Of a stretch of DNA of 64,000 nucleotides, positions 49,604 to 61,279 are shown piece by piece. Location of the stretch: positions 132,744,001 to 132,808,000 of the forward strand of contig NC_058368.1 in NCBI RefSeq assembly GCF_018350175.1, written 5' to 3'. The notes beneath the pieces were generated by a model. It saw nothing but the letters and a program-made list of their open reading frames with translations, searched no databases and was not told the DNA's origin. Origin of the DNA: Felis catus. Taxonomy: Eukaryota. A program made the translations under genes and the position numbers. Every line of letters starts with the position of its first letter. Within the stretch, counting starts at the first letter, position 1.

Positions 49604-50827
49604 AGAATTTAGAGTCTTTTCAGTTCAAGGCTAAGTGCCCAAGATGGCTCAAAATTTTGAGTGACCAAGTAGTGAACAGGTGAGAAAATTGTCTTTTGGG
49701 GAAATTCTATATTACTGATTGAGGGAGCTGAAGCTTCTTGCCATGTTTCTTTTAGCTAATGAGCTTTTTAGCAAGTGCTTTGAGATGTACAAATTTTTAT
49801 TGTACTGGCTATTGCTTCCAGAGTTTTACCTCTGTCCATCTGCTTCCAAGAATTCAGTGCCCCTGCAAACCAGTACAGCAGCTCTCAGGCAAACTGTCAA
49901 GAAATGAAGTTAACTTTGCTTTACCAGAAGGACAATTTTCCAAGATGGTTGTTCAAACTTTTATAAAGGAAAAAAGTGCATAAAATCTGGAGACTTTTTG
50001 TTTGGGTAAGAAATGCTACAGGAGAAAAGGCATGGAAGGTAAAAATGGTTTTTGAACTGCTTTGTTTTCTCAGGCATCACGAACATGAGAAGGAAGTAAG
50101 AGCATTTACGGAGTATCTAGTTTCTGTGCCATTACCTAATTTAAATGAATAGACACAAAATGTAGTACCATCTGCAGGCTGTTGGAAACTGATTTCTATC
50201 ATATCCCATTTGTATCAGATGTGCGGTTATGTCAGGGGCCCTAATTCATGTTCTGAATATAACATACAAGTGCAGAATAAGACAAAAATTGGTAGCCACA
50301 CAAGTCTGGGGACCGTGTAAGAGTTTTCTATAGAGTTACGTCCAGAAAGAAGAATGACCTTCGTCTGAAAAGACCAGAAGCAGAGCCATTAATACAGGTT
50401 CATATGGGGACAGTATATTGATTCATTTCATAAATTGAGAACTTAGGAACTTTAAGCATCTGGAAGAGAAGCAAAAGATACGTTAAATACATCAGACCTA
50501 TTTTTAAAGTTTATTAATTTTTGTTAATTATATGAAAAATATAGCTCTACCTCTTGTAGAAACATCGGGGAAAAAATGAAAGAAAACAAAAACTAACCAT
50601 AATCCAACATCCCATCAACCTTAATATTTTGCTGTGTTTCATCCATTCTTTTCTCCAAGTATGTGTATGTTTATGTGAGTATATGTGTATTTAAGACATA
50701 GTGTTTCATATTACAGCCTAGTTGATACTGTAGTGACTCTTAAGATTGTTGGTTATATCAAATTTCATATTTGCTTTTTCCCTGAAAAGGAAGAAAAATG
50801 TTTCAAATCTTAAAATTGAGGAACTAT

Positions 50828-50930
50828 AGGGATTCCGGGCTGGCTCAGTCAGTGGAGCATGTGACTCTTGATCTTGGGTTGTAAGATCAAGCCCCATATT
50901 GGGTGTAGGGGTTACTTAAGAATAAAATCT
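50828..50930 (+). mobile_element. Short tRNA-like CanSINE
   Basis: 'ctggctcagtcagtggagcatgtgactcttgatcttgggttgtaagatcaagcccc...acttaagaataaaatctt'. Confidence 0.85.
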
Positions 50931-50939
50931 TACAAAATG

Positions 50940-51140
50940 TGGTGCCTGGGTGGCTCAGTCAGTTAAGCATCCAACTCTTGATTTCAGCTCAGGTCATGAT
51001 CCCAGGTTCGTGGGATTGAGTCCCACATCAGGCTCCACACTGAGTGTGGAGCCTGCTTAAGATTCTCTCTCTCTGCCCCTCTGCCCCACTCGATCTCTCT
51101 CAAATACGAAATAAATAAAAATAAATAAATATAAAAAAAT
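50940..51140 (+). mobile_element. CanSINE (older)
   Basis: Head, (CT)n, (AAAT)n tail. Confidence 0.92.
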
Positions 51141-51394
51141 AATATTGTCCTATTTGATAGTAAAGACTCGCCTGGCAGGAACCATGGAAAAGAGGGGGAT
51201 CTTACCAGTTTAATTTACTAAACTGTGTTAATATAGTTTTGTTCATGAATGTTGTCTTTATTGAATTCCTGGAAGGAAGGCATTAGAATACTTCCTTTGA
51301 GTTGAGGGTATGTTTATATCCAGGGCACACATTAATAAGACTGGCTCTGTGGTTAGAGAATTTTATAATATGAGAATACCGGGACATCTAATTT

Positions 51395-51636
51395 CTTTTT
51401 TTCTTTTTCTTTTTTTTTTTTTTAATTTTTTTTCAATGTTTATTTATTTTTGGGACAGAGAGAGACAGAGTTTGAGCGGGGGAGGGGCAGAGAGAGAGGG
51501 AGACACAGAATTGGAAACAGGCTCCAGGCTCCGAGCCATCAGCCCAGAGCCTGACGCAGGGCTCGAACTCACGGACCGCGAGATCGTGACCTGGCTGAAG
51601 TCGGACGTTTAACCGACTGCGCCACCCAGGCGCCCC
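51395..51636 (-). mobile_element. Young felid-type CanSINE
   Basis: Diagnostic positions; TSD acatctaattt. Confidence 0.97.
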
Positions 51637-51884
51637 ACATCTAATTTGTTTGATTAGGACTTTATTAAATTTTCTTGCAAGTCACCTTGCTTGCCGCCAT
51701 TCTTTCTCTTACAGCTCCTGCCTCTGCACAAAATACTCTGAAACAACCTCTTTTCAGTGTATAGTATTTCATCCTCATAATAGCACATGCCTTTACCCCT
51801 GAATAAAATTGTATGAAATTCAATTCTTATAAAATCATTCATTATAGTTTCTAATTTTTTAAGTTTTTTTGAAAAAGATGTTAT

Positions 51885-52083
51885 GCTTTTTTTTTTTTTT
51901 TTTTTTTGAGAGAGAGTGAGTGCAAGTGGGAGAGGGGCAGAGAGAGAGGGAGAGAGAATCCCAAGCAGACTGTGCTGTCAGTGCAGAGTCCGATGCAGGG
52001 CTCGAACTCACAAACCGTGAGATGGTGACTTGGACCAAAATCAAGCATCAGATACTTGATCTACTGAGCCACCCAGGTGCCCC
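51885..52083 (-). mobile_element. CanSINE
   Basis: Reverse-complement element with poly-T. Confidence 0.93.
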
Positions 52084-52534
52084 AACATTTAAGAACTTTT
52101 TAGGAGCCTGTGACCTAAAGTGTTTTGTAAATACCATAAGAGGTAGATTAAGACTAACTCACCAATTGTTCTGCCACTGTCTCAAATTTCCTATCCTTTT
52201 ACTCTTTGTTCAGTACACTTCTTGTTCTAGTCTAGTCAAACAGAAAACCCTTTACTATACCCATTGTTCTCCTCTCTCCACCCCAGCTGCGTTGTGTCAA
52301 ACAGTCTTTCATTGTGTCCTGGAAAATCATTTCTATTTTATTCTTCAAAATATTTTAAAAACCAACCTCTTCTAAGAAAGGGACCCTAAAACACTCTAAC
52401 CTTTGGAAATAATTTAAAGGGACTCCGAATGTTGTGGAATCCTGGTCTTTGTTTTCTTTTTGCCCTATTTCCCCTCAAATCTGAAGCCAACTCTTCCTAC
52501 GCCTTTTTCAGTTTCAAAAGACAGTACATTCTTT

Positions 52535-53143
52535 GAGATCTTGCCGTTTGCAACAACCTGGATGAAACTCGAGTGTAATCATGCTAAGTGAAATAAGTCA
52601 GTCAGAGAAAGACAAATACCATATGACTTCACTTGAATGTGAAATTTAGGAAACAAAATAGATGAGCAAACAAAGAAAAAGAGACAAACAAAGAAACAGA
52701 CTCTTGAGGCGCCCGGGTGGTCAGTCGGTTGAGCTTCCGACTCCCGCTCTGGTCACGATCTCACAGTTTGTGAGTTCGAGCCCTGCGTTGGGCTCTGTGC
52801 TGACAGCTCAGAGCCTGGAGCCTGCTTCGGATTCTGTGTCTCCCTCTCTCTCTCTGTCCCATCCCCACTCATGCTCTGTCTCTCTCTGTCTTAAAAATAA
52901 ATAAAACATTAAAAAAAAATTTTTTTTAAATCAACCTCTTAAATGCCGAGAACAAATTAGTGGTTGCTAGGGAGTGGGGGTTTGGGGGTGTGGGGAGGGT
53001 TGAGACACACGAAGGGAAGCAAGAGGACACTTATCTTCATGAGCACTGAGAAATGTATAGAATTGTTGAGTCATTGTACATGTAAAACTAATGTAACATT
53101 GTATGTTTATTATACCTTAACTTAAAAAAGAAAAGAAAAAAAA
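52535..53143 (+). mobile_element. L1 3' end (L1MA/carnivore-type) interrupted by a SINE
   Basis: 'ttgccgtttgcaacaacctggatgaaactcgag...atgctaagtgaaataagtcagtcagagaaagacaaatacc' is the ORF2 C-terminus; G-rich 3'UTR and A tail. Confidence 0.9.
52706..52928 (+). mobile_element. CanSINE inside L1
   Basis: Full element. Confidence 0.94.
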
Positions 53144-53189
53144 TTCAGTACATTCTCTTCAGTGTGTAAACATGACTAACATAGATGCC

Positions 53190-53510
53190 TCTTTACGGTT
53201 AAGTTCTTCCTCCCATCAGATCTAAAGTGTCCCTTAAAGCTTCCATCCGTGTGTATTTCCTACTAATAAAATGAGATTAACTATTCCCTTATCTGCATAA
53301 CAGCTGTTCAAATGCGGAACACAATTATGCCTACCGCATTTCCTTTTCTTGTCCATAATAAACTCCTCCAGTTTCTTCATTTTTTTCCTTTTGTAACATA
53401 TTCTCTTTCAGTCTTTTGGCTAAGATCAAATGTGTACATGTGGTATGGTTTCCAAATATTTCATCAACTTGGTTGCCCTTAGCTTATCATTATCTGTGTT
53501 AACAAGGCTC
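53190..53510 (-). mobile_element. L3/CR1 fragment (further piece near 54050-54170)
   Basis: 'ataacagctgttcaaat', 'tccagtttcttca', 'atggtttccaaatatttcatcaacttggttgccct' resemble antisense L3. Confidence 0.55.
53400..53436 (+). pseudogene. 3'-truncated U2 snRNA pseudogene fragment
   Basis: ttctctttcagtCTTTTGGCTAAGATCAAatgtgta vs U2 5' end atcgcttctcggcCTTTTGGCTAAGATCAAgtgtagta; 17-nt exact core at 53413-53429. Confidence 0.8.
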
Positions 53511-54491
53511 ATATCACCAAATATAAAATTCCATCTTAGTGTAAACTTTCCAAATTAGTAGGACCCAGAGCTTGACCCAGGCCAGGATTTTTAGGCTGGT
53601 TGTAGGAGTGGACCTTGCTGCTTGGGTCTGTGAGGTATAAGCAAAAAAATATTTGATGGCCACTTCCAATTTTAGTGTGGACCAGAAGTAAGGGACAATT
53701 CAAAATGTCAAGTAAGGGGAGGGCAAAATTGGACCCGAAGCAAAACATTAGTCATCCAGAATCGTTAAATTGGAATGTTTTAATGTGTTCTTGTTAGCTG
53801 TCTCTATGGGGTAAAGCTTACATATTTCCAGGACAATAAAACACAAGAACACAGAGATAAGGAGCTGAATCTTTTTACAATATCCTATCCGAGGCATCAG
53901 TAAAGGAGAGAGAAGTGAAAGATGCTAAGCTGTTTTGAACAGAGCTTGTATGGCTTTGAATGGGATATTCTGTGTTGATTAACAGCCTCAGACGGCTTTT
54001 TGCCTTTTTAACTAGAGCATCACTCTGTGGGCTCAGCTGTGATTATGCTCAGGTCTCTCATATGAACTGTGGCCATTAACAGGACACAATTCTTCCCTTG
54101 TGTGATTTATTTTTTCCTTTAAATTCAGGAATTTCTATTTATCCCTGTTAGAATTCCTTTTCTGAGCATTCTACCTGGTTTAGAGCTTAAGTGCTTTGAT
54201 GTTGAACTGCCCGGGCTTGGAACTCAGTTCATCCATTTTCTAGCTATGATGTTGGGCAAACTGTTTTACCTTGTAAATATTTTCTTAAATAACACTTTTT
54301 TCTTACTAACCATATTGTCTCTTAGTCTTACTAACCTTTGTCTCTAACTTAGTCATGTGACATCTCTCTTGCCAGGCATTGTGTTAGATACACAATAAAT
54401 ACCTTTTCTGGGGTGTTCATTGAATTGACTAATAAAATTGTTGTACACATTAGTTACAGTAGCTTCAAGAATCAACCTCTGGACACATCTC

Positions 54492-54515
54492 TTTTTTTTT
54501 TTATGTGTATTTATT

Positions 54516-54555
<40 letters not shown>

Positions 54556-54727
54556 CAGAGCACATGCAGGGGAGGGGCAGAGAGAGAGGGAGACACAGAA
54601 TCTGAAGCAGGCTCCAGGCTCTGAGCTGTCAGCACAGAGCCCTATATGGAACTCAAAATCAAAAACTGCGAGATCACGACCTGAGCTGAGGTTGGACACT
54701 TAACTGACTGAGCCACCCAGGCACCCC
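54492..54727 (-). mobile_element. CanSINE
   Basis: TSD tggacacatctct; long (GA)n. Confidence 0.95.
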
Positions 54728-54897
54728 ATGGACACATCTCTCAACTCTAACTTTTTCTTTAAGTGGGTAAGTAGATAGATATCTATTAATGGATATACAA
54801 AGATTATGATTGTTGAAACTGATACAAATACAAGTTAGTAAACTTTTCTCAATCCACAAGCACATCTGTTTAACTTTTTTGTTAAATGTTTCATGGT

Positions 54898-55041
54898 GAC
54901 TGAGAACAAACTGAGGGTTGATGGGGGGTGGGAGGGAGGGGAGGGTGGGTGATGGGTATTGAGGAGGGCACCTTTTGGGATGAGTACTGGGTGTTGTATG
55001 GAAACCAATTTGACAGTAAACTTCATATATTGAAAAAAAAA
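54898..55041 (+). mobile_element. 5'-truncated felid L1 (3'UTR only)
   Basis: 'gactgagaacaaactgagggttgatgggggg...gtatggaaaccaatttgaca'; TSD aaatgtttca(t/c)ggt. Confidence 0.92.
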
Positions 55042-55194
55042 ATGTTTCACGGTAGACACACAACAGAGTTCAAGACCCAGTCAGTATCATTAATAGAACA
55101 AGAAGAAATACAGTTAACGTATGTATTCTCCTAAAGAATGTACCCTTTTCAGCCTGTATTTTTTCCCCCAGAGAATCACTATTTTTAATAAGTC

Positions 55195-55470
55195 TAACTG
55201 AAAATAACCCACCAGTAGAGAAATTAATTGTGGGATATTAACTTATTGGAATAATACATGGCAATAAAAACAAGAACAAATTACAGTCACACAGAACAAC
55301 CTGGATGAGTCTCACCAAGTAATGCCAAGTGAGAGAAGCCAGACACGAAATAACACACATTCTATTATTCCACTTAAATAAAGTACATAAACAGGCAAAA
55401 GTTATCAATGCTATTAGAAATCAGCCTAGTGACTATCCTTGAAGGAGTAGGTGGGTAGAAAGGGTCCTGT
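55195..55470 (+). mobile_element. Old L1 (L1ME-like) 3' fragment
   Basis: 'aacaacctggatgagtctcac...agtgagagaagccagacac...aaacaggcaaaa'. Confidence 0.7.
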
Positions 55471-56144
55471 AGGGGTCTAGCCTGTATTTTGTACTTATTC
55501 ATGTACCGTGCCATTGTCAACACTTAAGATTTTCCGATAGAAATAGAGTTTTGTCTATAAACTACATACAAAACATATAAAAGAGGCTAAAACGTCCTTT
55601 GCCTAAATGCATCAGAAATGCTATGAAATACGTTTCAGTTAGAAGTGATTACTCCGTCTTTCTGAAAATCTTTACTCATCAGGTCTATAGCTTCTCAGGC
55701 TCTGTGTGCTTGTTGGAATTTGGTTGCCTGACCCAAGCATCCAGCAGACTTTCTGCTAGACCAGCTGTCAATGAATGAAAAACAAGAAGCTCTCCACTGT
55801 ACCGCGTGTGTTAGGTCATTCAGTTCTATAAAAGGAATGCTTGATTTGATCATCAGTGGCTGGGGTCTGGCAGCCGGAAGGTGACTGCAACCATGTCCTG
55901 TATTTATATCAACCTCAATCACTCACTGTCTACCAACTGAGAAACTTGGTTCTAATAAGATGCTCTCAGCCTTATATTTGATTTCCATAAATTACTTGTT
56001 TATTATCTGCACTGCAGATAATGTGCAGTACATTTTCTTCATCCTGGGTCAGCTGCTTCTTGTCCTCTTTCACTCCACGTCCCCTACGGCCCAGCTGGGG
56101 TGTGCCAGCAGAAAAGACACACTAACTTTAATATTGGTGTAAAT

Positions 56145-56318
56145 CAGTGGTTTTCAACTGGGACTGATTTTGCCTCCCAGGGGACATTTTTGGTTGTCAC
56201 AACTGACGCCTGGTGATAGAAGCCAGAGATGCTGGTGACATCCTACAATACAAAGGGTACCCACCCCAAAAAGTGATCGGGTCTAAAATATCAGTAGTCT
56301 TAAAGTTGAGAAACCTTG
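56145..56318 (+). mobile_element. MER20 hAT-Charlie MITE
   Basis: 'cagtggttttcaactgggactgattttgcctcccaggggacatttttggttgtcacaactg...gttgagaaacc'. Confidence 0.88.
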
Positions 56319-56537
56319 GCCTACGTAAGGATAAAATAAGGAAGCAATTTACAATTAACATGTATATTTCAAGTTGAAATATGAGTGACTTGGGGGTCAG
56401 CTTCTGTTCTGGATTCTCTACCGCTTCTCTTCATGGACAAGATAGTGGACATCGAATATACATTCACTGTTCATTGCGCATGTCTTTCACTGGTAAACAC
56501 CCCTCATATAATAACACCCGCCATATAACTAATAAAT

Positions 56538-56735
56538 GAAGTTTATTATTTATTTTGAGAGAGAGAGAAAGAGAGAGAGAGAGAATGAGCAGGGCAGAAG
56601 CAGAGAGAGAGGGAGAGAGAGAGAATCTCAAGCGGGCTCTGCACTGTCTGTGTGAAGCCGGATGCAGGGCTCGAACTCACGAACCACAAGATAATGACCT
56701 GAGCCGAAACCAAGAGTCACCCAATTGCCCCGACA
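56538..56735 (-). mobile_element. CanSINE (head degraded)
   Basis: Reverse-complement element. Confidence 0.88.
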
Positions 56736-57706
56736 CTCCTTCTTCTTAAGTGGGAATGTCTAATGCTGGTCATTTGTACCATGGCTGAGGGAATATTTGT
56801 GGATGGTAGAAATTTATGTGAAGAAAGTTTTCATAGTCTTAACTACGAGTATGGAAAATATCCTCAATGTCAAACCTTTTGGACTCCAAGAGGTTTAAGC
56901 CTCAGGATTTTCTGGTTTCTGCATGTTCACCCAATTTTTATATATTCTTTCTATACCTCAAAGGCCTCTTTCATTATCCTCTTTTGACCCTGATTAAATG
57001 AGTTACTTGCCTGCTCAGACTTCAGTTCTGCACGACTGGCCAAATTCTTGGCGTGAAACTTGCTTTCTCATTCTCATCGTAAAAGTATTGTTAATATTGA
57101 TAAATTTTAATTGCTTTTCACACTTCTTTCGAGAGTGGCCTTGTGATGCTCTTAAATTTACATTTGTCTCAACGGCTCTGCAAGTAGCATTCTTTCTTTT
57201 AAATGAAGAAATTACATTTTATTTGGGAAAATTAAGTCAGTACAATGTGAAGTTAGAAGCAGGCTCCCTGTAGAGACACTTTTCATTTCGTGGCTCTTCA
57301 AGTACACCTCAAACTCTCAGTAGCTTACTGCATCCTGAACTTGAGTCTTCAGTGTTTAGAGGGTCAGTTGAAAGGGCCCAAGAAGTGTGCTCTTATTAGT
57401 AGTCCCTCTAGGAGTGTGACCACATGTCTGGTTCAGAATTGAAATGCATAACAGCATCCAAAGGAATGGATTGATTCCAGGATTCTTGCAGGAGCTCTAA
57501 GCCATGCCAGAAGACCATAGTGGATCCAAATTCTACCAACTCTTAACCAAACCTCACTCCTGAGAACTTTGGAGTACAAGCAAGAAATAAGGAGTGGGTC
57601 CGAGGAGCAGCAGGCTATGATAGGAATATGCTAACAAAGCATACATCAGGCTTCTAAATGAGAAGAATGTGAGAGGTGACTATGTTTCTTAAAGTCAGGC
57701 CTAACC

Positions 57707-57930
57707 TGGGGCGCCTGGAAGGCTCAGTCGATTAAGCTTCCGACCTCTGCTCAGGTCATGATCTCACAGTTAGTGAGTTCGAGCCCCACATCGGACTCTG
57801 TGCTGATAGCCCAGAGCCTCAAGCCTGCTTTAGATTCTGTATCTCCCTCTCTCTCTCCCCCTCTCCCACTTGCACTCTGTCTCCCTCTCTCTCAAAAGTA
57901 AATAAACATTAAAATTAAAAAAAAAAAAAA
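57707..57930 (+). mobile_element. CanSINE
   Basis: TSD aaagtcaggcctaac. Confidence 0.95.
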
Positions 57931-58374
57931 GTCAGGCCTAACTCAAACCCTGATCTTCTCCCCAGACCCTGGAGACTCCAAACTTGTGGGGTTTAGAAAG
58001 ATAATTGTGTGATTTCCCCCCAGCATTTCCAGAAAGCTGCTGACCTCATCTTGGAAAAATGTGCTCAAAAGTCATCCTAACTTGCACCTTCCTGTTGACT
58101 CTGTCTCTGGCAGAAATTGAACAAATGTACCATAATCATCATTATTTGACGTGACCATGAAATCCATAAGAATAATAATCACAGGAACGATTTCCACGAA
58201 AATTGAATTAACCAATTATTAAACATAGCAGAAACATGCAAGTTTTAAAGTAAACATGGTGGGCATCTTAAGTAAGCTCATATCTGAAAAGTTCTGAAGG
58301 AATTTTTTATAACCACAAAGATGTTGTGTAACTGGTCCCTATATGGCAATACAGAGGCGGCACAGTCAAACTAC

Positions 58375-58600
58375 TCTAACATGGTGGTTAAGAGCAATGA
58401 TTTGGTGTCAGACAGACCGTTGGTGAAATCCTGGGTTTGCTGCTTAGTAGCTGAGTGGTCTTGGACAAGTGACTTAAACTTTCTTAGCCTAGTTTCTTCA
58501 TATGAAAAATGGAGATAAGAATGGTTCCTTATCTCATGGGCTTTTGGTAATATTAAATAATACCTTGTGTGTAAAATATTCATTCAGTCCCCCAATAAAT
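58375..58600 (+). mobile_element. MIR (near full length)
   Basis: 'catggtggttaagagca...tcttggacaagtgacttaaactttcttagcctagtttcttcatatgaaaaatggagataagaat'. Confidence 0.85.
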
Positions 58601-58675
58601 ATTACTTTATATTTAATCTTTCTATGCAAGCAAGTAATAATGTTTTGGACATCTGTCTAAAGCACATAACTGAAG

Positions 58676-58782
58676 AGGTGCCTAGCTAGCTGAGTTGGTT
58701 GAGCGTGTGATTTTTAATCTCGGGGTCCTGAGTTTGAGCCCCACAGTGGGGAGATTACTAGAAAAATAAAATAAACCAAAAA
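58676..58782 (+). mobile_element. Short tRNA-like CanSINE
   Basis: Short-type head; TSD ataactgaag. Confidence 0.85.
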
Positions 58783-58867
58783 ATATAACTGAAGTATGGC
58801 AAGATCATGGTACTTAGGGAATTTCATTTAATACTAGGGATAATTTGTAGGAACTTTTTCTACCTTC

Positions 58868-59068
58868 TTTATTTTTTAAAAACGTTTATTTATTTATTTT
58901 GAGAGAGAGAGAGAGAGAGAACATGTGAGCAGAGGAGGGGCAGAGAGAATCCCAAGCAGGATTCACACTGTCAGCATGGAGCCCTACTCCCTACTCGGGG
59001 CTTGATCCTGTGAACTGTGAGATCATAACCTGACCCAAAACCAAGAGTTGGAGCCACCCTGGCCCCCC
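58868..59068 (-). mobile_element. CanSINE
   Basis: Reverse-complement element. Confidence 0.9.
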
Positions 59069-59074
59069 TACTTT

Positions 59075-59250
59075 TATTTTTTTATTGTGGCAAAATATAC
59101 ACAACAAAAAACTTACTATTTTAACTATTTTTAAGTGTGCAATTCACTAGTATCAAGTACGATCACAATGTAATGCAACCATCATCACTATCTATTTCCA
59201 GAACTTTTTCATCATCGCAAACAAAAATTCTATACTTATAACAATAATTC
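59075..59250 (-). mobile_element. L1MB-like 3' end fragment
   Basis: 'ttattgtggcaaaatatac...ttttaagtgtgcaattc...caaccatcatcactatctatttccagaactttttcatc'. Confidence 0.8.
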
Positions 59251-59544
59251 TGTTATTCATCTAGTCAATTTGAATGACTATTTTATTATTTTTCTATACA
59301 AAGAAGGCACATTTCCCTTTAATATTCCCTTTAATATTATGCAAGTATATCATAAATACAGAAGAAAATACAGATAAAAATTAAAATTAAATCATTTGAA
59401 ATTTCATTCTTCACCAGTAAATACATTGATATTTTGGTATATCATATTGCTGCTTTTTGTCTTGAAAAAAATATATATACAATGGAAATATATATAATGG
59501 AATCCTATTGTGAATCTTATTTTCTTTTCTAAAAAGAATCTTTT

Positions 59545-59625
59545 AGGGGCATCTGGCTGGCTCAGTCTGTGAAGCATGCAACTACTATGTGTGTAAAAAT
59601 TTACTTAAAAAATAATATCTTAAAG
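59545..59625 (+). mobile_element. Short CanSINE remnant
   Basis: 'ggggcatctggctggctcagtctgtgaagcatgcaact' plus an A-rich tail. Confidence 0.7.
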
Positions 59626-59729
59626 AAAAAAATATTTAAATTAGGTAAGCACATTTCAGTAGAAGTGGTAAATAACCATGCAGGAGAGAGACAGAGAGTA
59701 CTCCTGCGTTAAAAACAAGGCTTTGATGG

Positions 59730-59832
59730 TGGAGCCCCCGGTTGGCTCAGTTGGTAGAACATGATCTCCTGGTGGTGTTTTTGGCCCATGTTGGGTGTGG
59801 TGCCTACTTTAACAAAAAAAAAAAAAAAAAAA
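59730..59832 (+). mobile_element. Short tRNA-like CanSINE
   Basis: Head 'ggttggctcagttggtagaacatg', poly-A; TSD aaggctttgatgg at 59717 and 60396. Confidence 0.8.
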
Positions 59833-59837
59833 GGCTT

Positions 59838-60383
59838 AAAAAATTTTTAATGCTTATTTATTTATTATTTTTTTAATATGAAATTTATTGTCAAATTGGT
59901 TTCCATACAACAACCAGTGCTCATCCCAACAGGTGCCCTCCTCAATGTCCATCACCCACTTTCCCCTCCCTCCCACCCCCCATCAACCCTCAGTTTATTC
60001 TCAGTTTTTAAGAGTCTCTTATGGTTTGCCTCCCTCTCTGTAACTTCCCCCCCTCCCCTCCCCCATGCTCTTCTGTTAAGTTTCTCAGGATCCACATAAA
60101 AGTGAAAATATATGGTATCTGTCTTTCTCTGTATGACTTATTTCACTTAGCATAACCCTCTCCAGTTCCATCCACATTGTTACAAAAGGACATATTTCCT
60201 TCTTTCTCATTGCCAAGTAGTATTCCATTGTGTATATAAACCACAACTTCTTTATCCATTCATCAGTTGATGGACATTTAGGTCCTTTCCATAATTTGGC
60301 TATTGTTGAAAGTGCTGCTATAAACATTGGGGTACAAGTGCCCCTATGCATCAGCACTCCTGTACCCCTTGGGTAAATTCCTA
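59838..60383 (-). mobile_element. 5'-truncated felid L1 (ORF2 C-terminus + 3'UTR)
   Basis: Open frame GIYPRGTGVLMHRGTCTPMFIAALSTIAKLWKGPKCPSTDEWIKKLWFIYTMEYY...LSEISHTEKDRYHIFSLLCGS* is the L1 ORF2 end; the 3'UTR matches the copy at 54898. Confidence 0.97.
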
Positions 60384-60913
60384 CCAAAAAAAAAAAAGGC
60401 TTTGATGGGGAAGCAGTGAGGGGCAAAAGGCCAAAATGACTTGTTTTTATGATGACAGTTGCATCTGAACACTAATTCTTCCTTAATTCACAGCTGTCAG
60501 GATCCTAAGAATTACTGTAGCAATTCATCCTGAACCCTAATTGTCATCCCTCACACTCTCTCAAAATAACGTAAACAAATGAAAATCTTTTAAAAACATA
60601 ACACTAAACCAAAACTAATAAAAAATGGCCATCTCAAAAAAGAAATATACAGAGTGGTGGGGGAAAAAATGAAATGGCTTCTCTGAATGTATCTTGTTGT
60701 ATATCATTTGGCCACGTAAAGTATATCAATGTTGCACATATTCAAAAAGTTAAAAAAATGTTTTTAAAGCAATCTATAAAAATTAAAAACAGACTGAAAC
60801 AAATGAACCTAACCTGAACTGAACTGAATGAATGAATTGAAACAAATGAACTTAATATCAAGTCCCTAACACAAAAGACACAACTAAAAAGACACAAAGA
60901 AAAGAATTATTTC

Positions 60914-61038
60914 AGGGGCACCTGGGTGGCTCAGTCAGTTAAGCTTCTGACTCTTGATTTCCACTCAGGTCATGATATCACAGTTTGTGACGCTGTTCCC
61001 CACATCAGGCTCTGCACTGACAGCGTGGAACCTGCTTG

Positions 61039-61088
<50 letters not shown>

Positions 61089-61156
61089 CTTCCCTCCCTC
61101 CCTCCCCTGCTTATGCTCTATTTCTCTCTCTCAAAATAAATAAACATGAAAAAAAA
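60914..61156 (+). mobile_element. CanSINE
   Basis: Long (CT)n; TSD attatttca. Confidence 0.94.
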
Positions 61157-61279
61157 TTATTATTTCAAGAGTATATCTTAAGAGAACATATTCTAAGAAC
61201 CAGTAGAAGTACAAAGAAATCATAAGCTGTATTCTGTATCTAATTCTTAGAGGGAATATTGATATTATTCTGGAACCAT

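Noticed and set aside
25414..59340. Short direct repeats (caacatacttct x2 at ~25414, aaaacataattat x2 at ~46748, tcttactaacc x2 at ~54301, ttccctttaata x2 at ~59313)
   Set aside because: Ordinary replication-slippage duplications with no sign of function.
60085..60426. 113-aa ORF as a host CDS
   Set aside because: It is the C-terminus of L1 ORF2 in a 5'-truncated insertion with no promoter.
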